Shown here: positions 10,688-20,301 of the stretch, piece by piece
How positions within the stretch are numbered: the stretch's first letter is position 1
Layout: every line of letters starts with the position of its first letter
Assembly (NCBI GenBank): GCA_963727625.1
Contig: CAVSHR010000004.1
Coordinates: 736,001 to 800,000 of the forward strand
Direction of reading: 5' to 3'
Origin: an uncultured delta proteobacterium
GTDB lineage: Bacteria; Desulfobacterota; Binatia; UBA9968
Length of the DNA stretch: 64,000 nt
Notes under the pieces: model-generated
Told to the model about the DNA's origin: nothing
Databases searched by the model: none
The model's input: only the letters and a program-made list of their open reading frames with translations
Position numbers and translations under genes: made by a program

Positions 10688-11518
10688 TTACGAAGTGATT
10701 TCCCACCAGTTCTTGCTGTTGTCGCTCATCAAAAAATGCGCCCGGCCGTTGGTCTGAATCTCGCGCAGATCCGTGATCCCGAGCGCTTTGCCTTTGGTCG
10801 AGAATTCTTTGTGCGCGGCTTCGACTTCTTCAGGGGTCGCCACCTGCAGCGTGAAGCGGTTGGCCTCCGACAGATAATCTCGGTGCGTGGTCGGCAGCAC
10901 CACGACGTACCAAGGGCCCATATTCGGCACGCTGATATAGGTCGAAGTTCGGCCGCCGCCGATGATATCGAGACCAAGGACGTTGGCGAGAAATTGATCG
11001 CTGGTTTCCTTGTCGTCGCAATTAAGCGTTCCGTGCGTCATCGCCTGCGGCACGTAACCCCGGCCGGGAAATTTTTCTTCCGGCAGCGGCGTCGACCAGT
11101 GCGGCGCGGCGATCCTGCGCCCATGCTTGATCGCGGCGGGATTGTAATACTCGATTTCCAGATCGTTGCCGCCGGGCTCCTTGAAATAAATCGAATAGGC
11201 GTAGTGCGCCTCGTGCGGCTTGGTGACGCTGCGAATGTTGTACTTCGCCTTATGTTCCGAAATATAGGCGTGCGCGTTGGGGATCTCTTTCGAGTTGGCC
11301 ACGCGGAAACCATAATGATTGCTGTGCGGCTTGTTGCCGGCATTGGGGCCGCCCTCGTGGATCACCAGCCGCCAGGTGGTGTTCGGATGCTTGATCACAG
11401 CGTGCTTGTCCTTGCGTTCGACGATTTCGGCCGCCAAGAGATCGGTAAAGATCGGCAACGTTTCATCCAGCAAGCGGCATTCGTAGTGGCCTTCCGTCAA
11501 TCCAATCGGTTTCAGCAT
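10688..11518 (-). CDS. Tandem VOC/glyoxalase-family protein
   Basis: NHYGFRV, SIYFKEPGGNDLEIEY and a second module ending DNSKNWWEI. Confidence 0.75.
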   Translation of the reverse strand: MLKPIGLTEGHYECRLLDETLPIFTDLLAAEIVERKDKHAVIKHPNTTWRLVIHEGGPNAGNKPHSNHYGFRVANSKEIPNAHAYISEHKAKYNIRSVTKPHEAHYAYSIYFKEPGGNDLEIEYYNPAAIKHGRRIAAPHWSTPLPEEKFPGRGYVPQAMTHGTLNCDDKETSDQFLANVLGLDIIGGGRTSTYISVPNMGPWYVVVLPTTHRDYLSEANRFTLQVATPEEVEAAHKEFSTKGKALGITDLREIQTNGRAHFLMSDNSKNWWEITS

Positions 11519-11588
11519 CCTGCTCTCCTCAAGATTTTGGGTTCACCCATAAACCTGTTAATATTATTAAAAAAATCCGCCGCGCTTG

Positions 11589-12689
11589 TCAATTGGCAGG
11601 TTTCCCCACCGGCGGCATCTTCACCTCGGCTCCCGACTTGGCGCATTCTTCTTCGAAGAGTTTCCGTATGGATGGGTCCTCTTCTTCATATTCGATCTGC
11701 CAACCCCCATACGCCAGCGGCACGTCGGACTGAATCTTTCCCGGCTGCAGCTTATACTTGCGGCTGAGAATTTTTAGCGCCAGGTAGCGCGCGGGCTCGG
11801 CACTGGAATTAAAATGCTGGTGGAACCAGCCTTCGGGCGGCACGACGATGGAACCTGGCTTCCAATCGACGCGCTGCATCTCCCTACCCTCGGGCCAGAG
11901 CAAAGAATAACCCGAGCCGGTGAGAATAAAAACATGGGCGCCGGGGCCGTGGCGATGCGCCTTTTTGTAGATGCCTACCGGGAAGCGCGAAACATGGGAG
12001 CCCATCATGCTTTCCGACATTTCAAAAAAGATTGTTGCGTTGCCCTTGCCTCGTTCGGTCCACGCCACCGGCTCGATGTTGATGGCGTCCGCGACAAAAT
12101 TGGTTTCCACCACCCGGTCGCTATACAGTTTGCCGGTGCCGGCGAAGAACCCTGCTTCGCCCTTGAAACGGTCCGTGAAGGAGTATGGATTGTTGACGAC
12201 GAAATCCTCGCAGTGAAAAAGATTGAAAACCAAGGGCGCCGTCGTCACCGCCAGCAGGCGCGCTTCCCTATCGCCCTGGCCGTTGAAGTGCTGATAGCGG
12301 GCGTTCAGCGGTATCGCGAACAAGCTGCCGGTCTGCCACTCGAAGCTCTGCTTGGGGCCGTCGTTCTGCCACACCGACGTCGCACCGCGGCCGTCGAGCA
12401 CGTAGTAGAGCGCCTCGTAGATATGGCGCTGCGGGTTGAGACTCTTCCCCGGCGGGATGCCGACGACGTAGGCATCATCGAGATAACCCGTGCCGTCGAG
12501 CATGATGTAGACGCCGTTGCCGCCCATACGATCCCACCATTTGAGAGGTATCCTGTAGAGGTCGTCGACGAAAAATCCGCGGATGATGTCGATCCCCTGC
12601 GATCCGATCCAGCGATCGTAGGGCGTGTCCATCATCTCGACTTTGCCGTCCACTTTCACATAAGACGGGCGGGTGCCTTCCTCTGTCAT
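11589..12689 (-). CDS. Bicupin protein (gentisate dioxygenase-like fold)
   Basis: Two cupin motifs: QRHIYE..W..GSLFAIPLN.RYQHFN and KAHRHGPG..W..GS.VVPP.GWFHQHFN; GGAGG RBS before ATG 12689. Confidence 0.75.
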   Translation of the reverse strand: MTEEGTRPSYVKVDGKVEMMDTPYDRWIGSQGIDIIRGFFVDDLYRIPLKWWDRMGGNGVYIMLDGTGYLDDAYVVGIPPGKSLNPQRHIYEALYYVLDGRGATSVWQNDGPKQSFEWQTGSLFAIPLNARYQHFNGQGDREARLLAVTTAPLVFNLFHCEDFVVNNPYSFTDRFKGEAGFFAGTGKLYSDRVVETNFVADAINIEPVAWTERGKGNATIFFEMSESMMGSHVSRFPVGIYKKAHRHGPGAHVFILTGSGYSLLWPEGREMQRVDWKPGSIVVPPEGWFHQHFNSSAEPARYLALKILSRKYKLQPGKIQSDVPLAYGGWQIEYEEEDPSIRKLFEEECAKSGAEVKMPPVGKPAN

Positions 12690-12827
12690 CGTTCTACCTC
12701 CGGATTGATTTCTGATTTTTTGTTTACCTTGAAAGCGCAGGCCTGGGCAAGCGCGCCGCAGATCGGTTGACAATCGCGTTGCCGCACCAGATAAACATTT
12801 ATCTGCTTTAGAATGAGGTCATTGAGC

Positions 12828-14090
12828 ATGAGTCAAGAAGCGATGAACAGACTGGTGACGGCGCTCCGGTCGGGCGAGGGGCTAAAGGACGATTTTATTT
12901 ACTCCATGCCCTTTGAAGACTACAAAACTTTTTGCGACCCCTTCCCGCGCACGACGTTTGCCGTGAAAGAAGTTCAGGAAAGCACCCGCCGCTATCCCAA
13001 TCCGGAGAAGCCGGGAGAACTGTTTCGCTGGGAGATCCATGGCCGGCTGTTCACCCCGGCGCAAATCTCCATTCCTGACACCGCGGTGGTCATGATTCAC
13101 GGCGGCGCCGCCAATGAATACGAGTTTATTTTTACGCCGGATGGTCCGGAGGAGTATGCGGATCTTACCCGAACCGATCCCACGCAAGCCCGCGTCGGCG
13201 TAGCGCAGCATGTTGCCTCCCTCGGCATTCCGGTCCTTGCGATTTCCTTGCCGGGGCACTTCAGCCGTAAGGCCTGGGCGCCGATTTCCGAACGCCGCCC
13301 AGAATTCATCATCGGCGAAGTGCCAACCGACAGCGAGCTCAAGAACCGCTTGGCGGTCTACACATTCAGAATGTGCACCGAAGCGATCAAGGTTCTGGTC
13401 GAAAATAATCTAAAAGAATCGATTTTCATGTGGGGCCACTCCACCGGCGGCGAATATTTTTACTTGATGGAGCAGTACGGGCTGATAAACAAACTCATCG
13501 GCGGCCTCGGCTTCGGCACCGGCATGCCGGCCTGGCTGCGCAAGGAATGGGATCTCGCCTGCGCGAAAAAGTCGCCGCAGGAGCGGGCCGCACCGTTTCG
13601 TAATCTGACGGACCTGAGCCGGCGCTCGCCGAAGGGTTACATCAAGAGCGGCTATGTAGGGCCCAATCAACCCTGGGGCAGCGCGGAACAATGGTTTGAG
13701 CTTGAGAACCACCGGCGGCCCCAGTTCAAACCGTTTTTGCAGGATATCGAACACAGCGCTCACGATGTCCTGCTGCCTGAGATCAAAAAACTTTCCGGCC
13801 TCCCAGACGAGGAACTGTTCATCACTTACCAAGCCGAATTGGAACGGCTGCGCGGCAAGAAGCTGCTGCACATCGTCGGCGAGTTCGACAAAGGCCATTG
13901 GATCGAGGGCGGCGAAAAAGGATTGGAATTCCGCCGCGAGGTTTACGCCTTCAAGCGCTTCAGGCCCTTCGCCGATGCGCTGCGGTTGATCGTGGTGCCC
14001 AATCTCACTCACTACGGCCACGTGGAAAGTTACAACGAGCGTTTGGCCAACTTAATGGTCACCGGCTTCAAGGAATATTTTCGCAGTTAA
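12828..14090 (+). CDS. Divergent alpha/beta-hydrolase-fold protein
   Basis: MIHGG oxyanion motif, SLPGH, WGHSTGG nucleophile elbow, GEFD, THYGH. Confidence 0.6.
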   Translation: MSQEAMNRLVTALRSGEGLKDDFIYSMPFEDYKTFCDPFPRTTFAVKEVQESTRRYPNPEKPGELFRWEIHGRLFTPAQISIPDTAVVMIHGGAANEYEFIFTPDGPEEYADLTRTDPTQARVGVAQHVASLGIPVLAISLPGHFSRKAWAPISERRPEFIIGEVPTDSELKNRLAVYTFRMCTEAIKVLVENNLKESIFMWGHSTGGEYFYLMEQYGLINKLIGGLGFGTGMPAWLRKEWDLACAKKSPQERAAPFRNLTDLSRRSPKGYIKSGYVGPNQPWGSAEQWFELENHRRPQFKPFLQDIEHSAHDVLLPEIKKLSGLPDEELFITYQAELERLRGKKLLHIVGEFDKGHWIEGGEKGLEFRREVYAFKRFRPFADALRLIVVPNLTHYGHVESYNERLANLMVTGFKEYFRS

Positions 14091-14156
14091 AATGCCGGTT
14101 CCTCACGCTTTCTCTGTGTATCACCTCGCATGATCAACTTGATTTCGGTGAGACCA

Positions 14157-14315
14157 GCGCGGTCGAGCCGCAACCAAAGGATAAAGCCTATTTCGCCATC
14201 GAGGCGCAGAGGTCGGAGGCGAAAGATGAATGAACTTGGAGAAATTCTTCGCCACGGCGCTCCGGCCTTGGCGTCTTGGCGTGAGATATTCCGAGTTTCA
14301 GTTGCGGCGCAGCCT
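14157..14315. repeat. Composite degenerate intergenic palindrome
   Basis: Outer arms GAGCCGCAAC / GTTGCGGCGC; inner degenerate arms (TTCGCCATCGAGGCGCAGAGG..GGAG / CTCC..CCTTGGCGTCTTGGCGTGAG). Confidence 0.45.
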
Positions 14316-14422
14316 TGCTACGTGATTCGTCGTGATTACCTTTCCGCGCTGAACTCGGAAGAACCAAATGGCAGGGGCGACCCGGCGGTCGTCCCTGGCC
14401 GTTGAATTCACTCCCGTCGCGC

Positions 14423-14800
14423 TTAGCTGCGATGACGACGCCGATCTCTACGGTCGAATCTTCGATCGATGCGGTCGCCGCGACGATCGAGGCGGCGCTC
14501 GATCCGGTCGCCGCGATTGTCCAGACGGTTTTCGATCCGATCGCCGCGGCGATCCAATCGATTCGCTAGCTTGGTCTTGCCCTCGGCCCGCGCCTTTTCC
14601 GCCAGTGCATCGAGGCGCTGGTTAATCCGGTCACCTTTGGCGTCGAGCCTTTCGTTGGCGCGTTCGCCGCGGGCATCGAGCCGGCGATCGATGCGATCGC
14701 CGAGTCGGTCGAAGTAGCCGTCAGCCGCAAACGCCGGTGTCACACTGCCGATTGTCAATACGGCGATGCCGATCATTACAGTTCTTTTCATCTTGGTCAT
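14423..14800 (-). CDS. Secreted protein with 11-residue Asp/Arg repeats
   Basis: Signal peptide ending AFA; repeats of LD[RA]RGDRI[DE]RR; AAGGAG RBS. Confidence 0.75.
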   Translation of the reverse strand: MTKMKRTVMIGIAVLTIGSVTPAFAADGYFDRLGDRIDRRLDARGERANERLDAKGDRINQRLDALAEKARAEGKTKLANRLDRRGDRIENRLDNRGDRIERRLDRRGDRIDRRFDRRDRRRHRS

Positions 14801-15021
14801 TTTCTCCTTTAATTTGCTTATTTCGGGCTGTTGTAGAGTTGGACGCCGGCTCGCCTCTGCGGTTTACACAAGGCTAGAAATTTTTTTGAACATTCGCCGA
14901 TACACATTAAACTCATGTTGTTTTCTGAGCTTGAAGATCCGCGGTCGGTTTTAAGAGCTCAATAAACAGCCTCATTGCTTGACAGGAAAAATAATCTAAC
15001 TTACAGATCGTTCACGGGAAG

Positions 15022-16050
15022 ATGTTTATGAGAAGTGTCCTGCATGCCATTTTGTTCGGTCGCCGGTTGGCTGCCGGCTGGGTCATCGCTGGATTCATTT
15101 TTCTTGGCGCGCCACAGGCCCGCGCCGAATCCCTGCGCATCGCCTACACCTCCATCGCGGTGGTTTACGGTCCCCTGTGGCTGACCAAAGAGGCGGGGCT
15201 GTTCAAAAAATATCACATTGAGGCTGAGTTTATTTACATCGCCGGCGGTCCGCCATCGCTCCAGGCACTCATTGCGGGCGATGTGCAAATTTCTTTTACC
15301 GCCGGCGGAGCCGCCGTCGCCGCCAACTTGCAGGGCTCCGATGTCGTGCTGCTCGGTGCGACCATCGACTCACTGCCTTTTGAATTGTGGTCGTCGCCCA
15401 ACATCAAAGAACCGAGTCAACTGAAAGGAACCCGGCTTGGCGTGAGCCGCATCGGCGCGACGACCGATTTCGTCGCCCGCTATTTACTGAAAAAGTGGAA
15501 CCTCCAACCGGACAAGGATGTGGCTATTTTTCAAACCGGATCGGGATCGCAAGTGTTCGCCGCACTACAGGGCGGCTCGGTGCAGAGCGGCGTGCTTTCC
15601 GCGGGACCGGAAACGCTCAAGGCCGAAGCCGCCGGATATTTTCGCCTCGGCGACGTGTCGAACTATGGCCTGGTCTACCCTTTCGGACCCTTCGCAGCTA
15701 GACAGTCATTTATCAAGAACCATCCCGATTTGGTCGGCCGCTTCGTGAAAGCTTATGTCGAGGGGGTGCACCGATTCAAAACCGACAAGAGCGCAGCCCT
15801 GGCCGTGTTGGAAAAATACACGAAACAAAAGAGCACCGCCGCCACTGAAAAAATCTACGAAGTTTACTCGAGCAAATATTTTAAACGCGTGCCCGAAGCC
15901 ACGGCGGCCGGTATCCAGACAATTCTCGAAGAGCTGTCCGCCAACCGCCCCCTACCCGCCGGTGTCACGCCGCAGCGTTTCACCGATTCGAGATTCGTTC
16001 GCGAGCTCGTAAACAGTGGCTTCGTCGATTCGCTTTATAAGAGCCGTTAA
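15022..16050 (+). CDS. ABC substrate-binding protein, NMT1/THI5/SsuA family
   Basis: Signal peptide, LRIAY, EAGLFKKY, LKGTRLGVSRIG. Confidence 0.85.
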   Translation: MFMRSVLHAILFGRRLAAGWVIAGFIFLGAPQARAESLRIAYTSIAVVYGPLWLTKEAGLFKKYHIEAEFIYIAGGPPSLQALIAGDVQISFTAGGAAVAANLQGSDVVLLGATIDSLPFELWSSPNIKEPSQLKGTRLGVSRIGATTDFVARYLLKKWNLQPDKDVAIFQTGSGSQVFAALQGGSVQSGVLSAGPETLKAEAAGYFRLGDVSNYGLVYPFGPFAARQSFIKNHPDLVGRFVKAYVEGVHRFKTDKSAALAVLEKYTKQKSTAATEKIYEVYSSKYFKRVPEATAAGIQTILEELSANRPLPAGVTPQRFTDSRFVRELVNSGFVDSLYKSR

Positions 16051-16083
16051 ATTTTTCCGAACCGCACGTAGAGGAGCACCACC

Positions 16084-16236
16084 GTGAAAACCTTCAGCCA
16101 GATCCATCTGCCACACGACACCGGCTGGTCGGCGAGCACACTAATCGCCGCAACGGATTTGCTCGTCGCGCTCGGCGCCTGGCCGAAGCCCGCCGTCGGC
16201 AGCAAATCGGTGGACGCGATGATTTACCAATCCTGA
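16084..16236 (+). CDS. Small hypothetical protein (50 aa), not in the ORF track
   Basis: GAGGAG RBS at 16071, GTG start; MKTFSQIHLPHDTGWSASTLIAATDLLVALGAWP...YQS. Confidence 0.35.
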   Translation: MKTFSQIHLPHDTGWSASTLIAATDLLVALGAWPKPAVGSKSVDAMIYQS

Positions 16237-16290
16237 ACAGACGGTTTTCAAACAAAGGAGTACCGAACCATTTCCATCGTCATTGTCGCA

Positions 16291-16827
16291 ATGCCCTACG
16301 GCGTCTTGGACCCGCAACGGCTTTCCCAGGCATCACGAACATCCATCGAGCGGGCGCTGGACTGGTGGCAGAAATCGATGCAGACCTCCAAGCACAAGAC
16401 CTACATCGTGCTGGCGGGCTATGACATCGATCAAGGACAAGAAATAAAACTGCGCCGCGAGCTCGTCGAAGGCTCGGCCCAAGAACTGGAGCTGTTGAGC
16501 AACATCGTCGAGGTCAGTGCGAAAAACGAAGTCGGCCTGGCGCAAAAAATTGCCCGCGTCAGGAGCCTCCTACCGGTGGAGACCATCACGGTCTTCGTCG
16601 AAACCCGCAACGTCATCAGCGTCAAAGCGATCTTCCGAAGAAAATTCGGCAAGACACTGCAAATTCGCAAATTCAAAGCCGAATTCGAATTCAATCATCA
16701 ATGGATCACCACCTCGACGTCGTTCGCCTGGCGGCTACGCAACTGGTTCTTGCGGATTTGGTTCGAGGTGAAGCGGCGGATGGGACGGGGTTTCCGAAAG
16801 AAAATTCGCTACTGGTTCAAATCCTGA
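16291..16827 (+). CDS. Hypothetical protein, possibly a divergent YdcF/DUF218-like fold
   Basis: 178-aa ORF with coding-like codon usage; PYG..LSQAS..SIERA...IVLAG pattern; the start may be ATT at 16270. Confidence 0.55.
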   Translation: MPYGVLDPQRLSQASRTSIERALDWWQKSMQTSKHKTYIVLAGYDIDQGQEIKLRRELVEGSAQELELLSNIVEVSAKNEVGLAQKIARVRSLLPVETITVFVETRNVISVKAIFRRKFGKTLQIRKFKAEFEFNHQWITTSTSFAWRLRNWFLRIWFEVKRRMGRGFRKKIRYWFKS

Positions 16828-16834
16828 AAAATGC

Positions 16835-16911
16835 TGGAGTGCTGGAATAATGGAGCGTTGGAGTGATGGGCGGGGCCCAATACTCCAGTACTCCATCACT
16901 CCAATACTCCA
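16835..16911. repeat. Family A palindrome (8-nt TGGAGTNN x4, then NNACTCCA x4)
   Basis: tggagtgc tggaataa tggagcgt tggagtga ... atactcca gtactcca tcactcca atactcca. Confidence 0.9.
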
Positions 16912-16920
16912 TTTTTAGCA

Positions 16921-17775
16921 TCACGCGACTTTCGACACGCGCTCGGACGCCGTCGAGAATCCCTTCTCCAACCACCAATGCGCCACTTCGCTGCCGGTGG
17001 CGAACCAGACACCCTTGTGCGATTTCATATAGCCGATGATTTCCGAGAGAATCTTGGCTCTGCCGGGCCGGCTGGAAATGTACGGATGAAATTGGAACGG
17101 GCAGAAGGTCGGCGCGGTGCCCGACTCTTCGTAAAACTGATCGAACATCCCTTTCCAAACCACCAGCGTGTCATTGGGATTGCCCGAATCGCGATGGCCG
17201 TAGGTGCGCCCGTCGCCGAACGGCTGGCGCGGCAACTCGACCAGTTTCTTTTTGCCGTTCTGCCAAACGAACGGCAGATCATGCGAGAAAGAATTGCTGT
17301 TCCACAGGTAGCCTTGCTCCAGGAGCAGTTCCAAGCTGTTAGGACTCTGGGTGCAGGAGCGCCAACCGAACGGCCGCTTTTGGGCTCGATTGAGTATCAT
17401 GTCCGTGGTTCGCTTGATGACATCGCGCTCTTCATCTTTGGCGAGATCGCGCGCCACTTCGTGATGGTAGCCGTGGCCGGCGACCTCATGTCCCTGGGCG
17501 ATAATCGCCGTCACCGCTTCGGGATAGCGTTCCGCAATGCCGCCACATGTGAGGAACGTGGCTTTGACTTCGTGCGAAGCAAGAATCCGCAAAATCCGCC
17601 AGATTCCGGTATTGGGTCCGTATTCGGCCTGGGTGTACTCCTCGTGATTAATCTTGCCGTTCTTATCGGGTCTAACGTCTTCGCCTCCTTGAAAATCGAA
17701 GCTCAAAAGAACCGCGATGCGCGAGTCGCCTGGCCAATGAATCTTCCCGCCGGAGTGCAGTTCTTGAAGCGCCAT
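16921..17775 (-). CDS. Polysaccharide deacetylase family (PuuE/allantoinase-like)
   Basis: WPGDSRIAVLLSFD, EYGPNTGIWRIL, GHEVAGHGYHH, FHPYISSRP, VWFAT. Confidence 0.85.
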   Translation of the reverse strand: MALQELHSGGKIHWPGDSRIAVLLSFDFQGGEDVRPDKNGKINHEEYTQAEYGPNTGIWRILRILASHEVKATFLTCGGIAERYPEAVTAIIAQGHEVAGHGYHHEVARDLAKDEERDVIKRTTDMILNRAQKRPFGWRSCTQSPNSLELLLEQGYLWNSNSFSHDLPFVWQNGKKKLVELPRQPFGDGRTYGHRDSGNPNDTLVVWKGMFDQFYEESGTAPTFCPFQFHPYISSRPGRAKILSEIIGYMKSHKGVWFATGSEVAHWWLEKGFSTASERVSKVA

Positions 17776-17960
17776 GATGAACCTCCTTAGGTAAACAATA
17801 TTTAGGATGAGCTTGAAGCAACCTCGCCTGCGCTGCTAAGAGCCAGCCCACTGATTGATAGTCCAGCGACTCGCGACTTGCAAGTTAAATTTCGGATTCA
17901 CATTGTGACTCTGGAGAAAAAATTGTATAGAGGGCCGAACGTGCTCTTCGGAGGTCATCG

Positions 17961-19184
17961 ATGTCGGGGGCAAACGGCAAATTCAATGTCGGCGGCGTGC
18001 TGTTAAATCAACCCTTCAAAATCCGCCGGCTCGGCCATTTCGGTTTCAATCTTTCCAACATGGAAGCGGGCGTGCATTTCTACGTAGATTTGCTCGGCTT
18101 TCGCATTTCCGACGTCATAGACTACTCACGCCGCGCCAAGGATCCGGCACAGATGAAGGGACTCGGCGACCCCAACGGCTATTTCACCCGTTACGGAACC
18201 GATCATCACGCCATGGTGCTGTTCCCCGAGCGCGTGCGCGACGCGCTCGGCAGGCACGAACAACCCGGAATCACCGTGAATCAGATCACCTGGCAAGTCG
18301 GCAGCTTGAGCGAAGTCAGCAACGCGATCAAATGGTTTGGCCAGCGCGGCATCAAGCAACAACGCTCGGGCCGCGACATGCCCGGGTCGAATTGGCACAC
18401 TTATCTTTACGATCCCGACGGCCAGAGCAATGAGCTTTATTACGGCATCGAGCAAATCGGCTGGAACGGCCACAGCAAACCGAAAGCGATGTACGAACGC
18501 GGCTTCGACAAGCCGCCCGAGCTGCCGCAGATTTCGGAATTCGCCGAAGTCGAACAAGCACGCGCCAAGGGCATCGACATTTCCTCCGGCTATCGTTACC
18601 TCGACAAACTACCGGCGACCTACGACGTGGACGGGACTCTGCTGCCGCGCCCCTTCAAGATCGTTCGCCTCGGTCCGGTTTACTTGTTCGTTGACGACCT
18701 CGACAAAGCCGCGGAATTTTATTGCGACAGCCTGGGGTTTACTGTCAGCGAAGAAGTTCTTTACAAAAACCAGCGCTGCCAGTTCTTGCGTTGCAATACC
18801 GAGCACCACTCCGTCGGCCTGCTGCCGTTGCCGTTACGCGACAGCCTCGGTTTGAGTCCCCATTCCAAGTGCGCTGCCTTCGGCCTTCAGCTCGCCAATT
18901 ACCGCCAGTTGAAAGACGCGGTGAAGTATTTTCGCGACAACGGCGTCGAGGTGGCCGAATCGATCCCGCCCGAACTGCACCCGGGCATCGAATACTCCGC
19001 GACGGTGCGCGACCCGGACGGTCACACGATCCAACTTTATTATGCCATGGAACAGATCGGCTGGAACGGCAAACCGAGGCCGCAGAATTTGCGCCATGCG
19101 CGCAAGCTCAATGATTGGCCGGAAGCTTTGGAGCATGACACCAATGCCTATCTCGGCGAACCATTTTACGGTCCGTGGGGATAA
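17961..19184 (+). CDS. Tandem VOC-family (extradiol dioxygenase-like) protein
   Basis: Internal duplication RPFKI.RLG; GTDHH and NTEHH; DPDG motifs in both halves. Confidence 0.8.
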   Translation: MSGANGKFNVGGVLLNQPFKIRRLGHFGFNLSNMEAGVHFYVDLLGFRISDVIDYSRRAKDPAQMKGLGDPNGYFTRYGTDHHAMVLFPERVRDALGRHEQPGITVNQITWQVGSLSEVSNAIKWFGQRGIKQQRSGRDMPGSNWHTYLYDPDGQSNELYYGIEQIGWNGHSKPKAMYERGFDKPPELPQISEFAEVEQARAKGIDISSGYRYLDKLPATYDVDGTLLPRPFKIVRLGPVYLFVDDLDKAAEFYCDSLGFTVSEEVLYKNQRCQFLRCNTEHHSVGLLPLPLRDSLGLSPHSKCAAFGLQLANYRQLKDAVKYFRDNGVEVAESIPPELHPGIEYSATVRDPDGHTIQLYYAMEQIGWNGKPRPQNLRHARKLNDWPEALEHDTNAYLGEPFYGPWG

Positions 19185-19292
19185 TGCACACAGACAACGA
19201 TCTCTCGCTTGCGCGCTATCGTTTCGAAACGCGGCGAGCGATTCAAACCCGCCCAATCGAGCGCGACGAACCAACGGTGAGGACCAAACGAG

Positions 19293-20168
19293 ATGGAAGA
19301 ACCAATTAATTTCCAGTCGGACGGACTTAAAATCGCCGGCATCATCGACACTCCGCCCAATTACAAGTCCGGAGAACGCAGGCCGGCCTTTATCGTCCTG
19401 CACGGCTTTGGCGGCAACAAGAACGGCCTCGGCCAAACCGTTGTTGCCAAGCAGTTTACCCAATGGGGATACGTGACCCTGCGTATCGATTTTCGCGGCT
19501 GCGGCGAGAGCGAAGGGGAGCACGGCAGGATTATCTGCCTCGACCAAGTCGCCGATACGCGCAACGCGATTTCTTTTTTGGCGAGCCGCCCCCAAGTCGA
19601 ACCGCAAAGAATTGCCTTGGTCGGCAGCAGCTTCGGCGCGGCGGTAGCGGTTTTTACCGGCGGCGCCGACCGGCGCGCGGCGGCGGTGATCTCGTGCGGC
19701 GGGTGGGGTGACGGCGAGCGCAAGTTCCGCGGCCAGCATACGACGCCGGAGGCTTGGGCAAAATTCACCGACATGCTCGAAGAGGGCAAGCGCCATCGCG
19801 AGCGCACCGGCAAGTCGCTCATGGTACCGCGCTACGACATCGTGCCGATCCCGGAAAAGCTGCGCAACCGCATGAGCCGCGGCTCGATCATGGAGTTTCC
19901 GGCGGAAACCGCGCAGAGCATGAACGACTTTCGCGCCGATGATCAGGTCGGCAACATTTCGCCGCGGCCGCTGTTGCTCTTGCACAGCGCCAAGGACTCG
20001 GTAACGCCCACTTACGAGTCGATTGAAATGTTCAAGAAGGCCGGCCAGCCGGCCGAGCTCCACCTGCTCTCGGACATCGACCATTTCACCTTCACCGAGG
20101 AAAACCCGCGCTTGACGAATATCGTTCACGAATGGCTCGGGAAATATTTTCCCGTGGAGAGGCGTTAG
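19293..20168 (+). CDS. Alpha/beta hydrolase (S9/S15-like)
   Basis: LHGFGG, DFRGCGESEG, GSSFG, HSAKD, DHF. Confidence 0.85.
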   Translation: MEEPINFQSDGLKIAGIIDTPPNYKSGERRPAFIVLHGFGGNKNGLGQTVVAKQFTQWGYVTLRIDFRGCGESEGEHGRIICLDQVADTRNAISFLASRPQVEPQRIALVGSSFGAAVAVFTGGADRRAAAVISCGGWGDGERKFRGQHTTPEAWAKFTDMLEEGKRHRERTGKSLMVPRYDIVPIPEKLRNRMSRGSIMEFPAETAQSMNDFRADDQVGNISPRPLLLLHSAKDSVTPTYESIEMFKKAGQPAELHLLSDIDHFTFTEENPRLTNIVHEWLGKYFPVERR

Positions 20169-20189
20169 AAATTCGACGAAGATCGTTAA

Positions 20190-20267
20190 CACCACGAAAG
20201 CACGAAGATCACAAAGGTTCGGAAATCAGTTTTCTTTAACGTCGTGCCGCGCTGTGTCTTTCGTGGT
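20190..20267. repeat. Family B palindrome (about 9-nt CACGAAG units), degenerate
   Basis: accacgaaagcacgaagatcacaaag ... ctttcgtggt. Confidence 0.7.
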
Positions 20268-20301
20268 AAATGAATAATCTCTTTTTAGATTAGGATTTAT
20301 T

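Noticed and set aside
18834-20195. Long antisense ORFs (also 10661-11767, 37355-38572, 47785-48894)
   Set aside because: Shadow frames of well-supported GC-rich genes, with no motifs.
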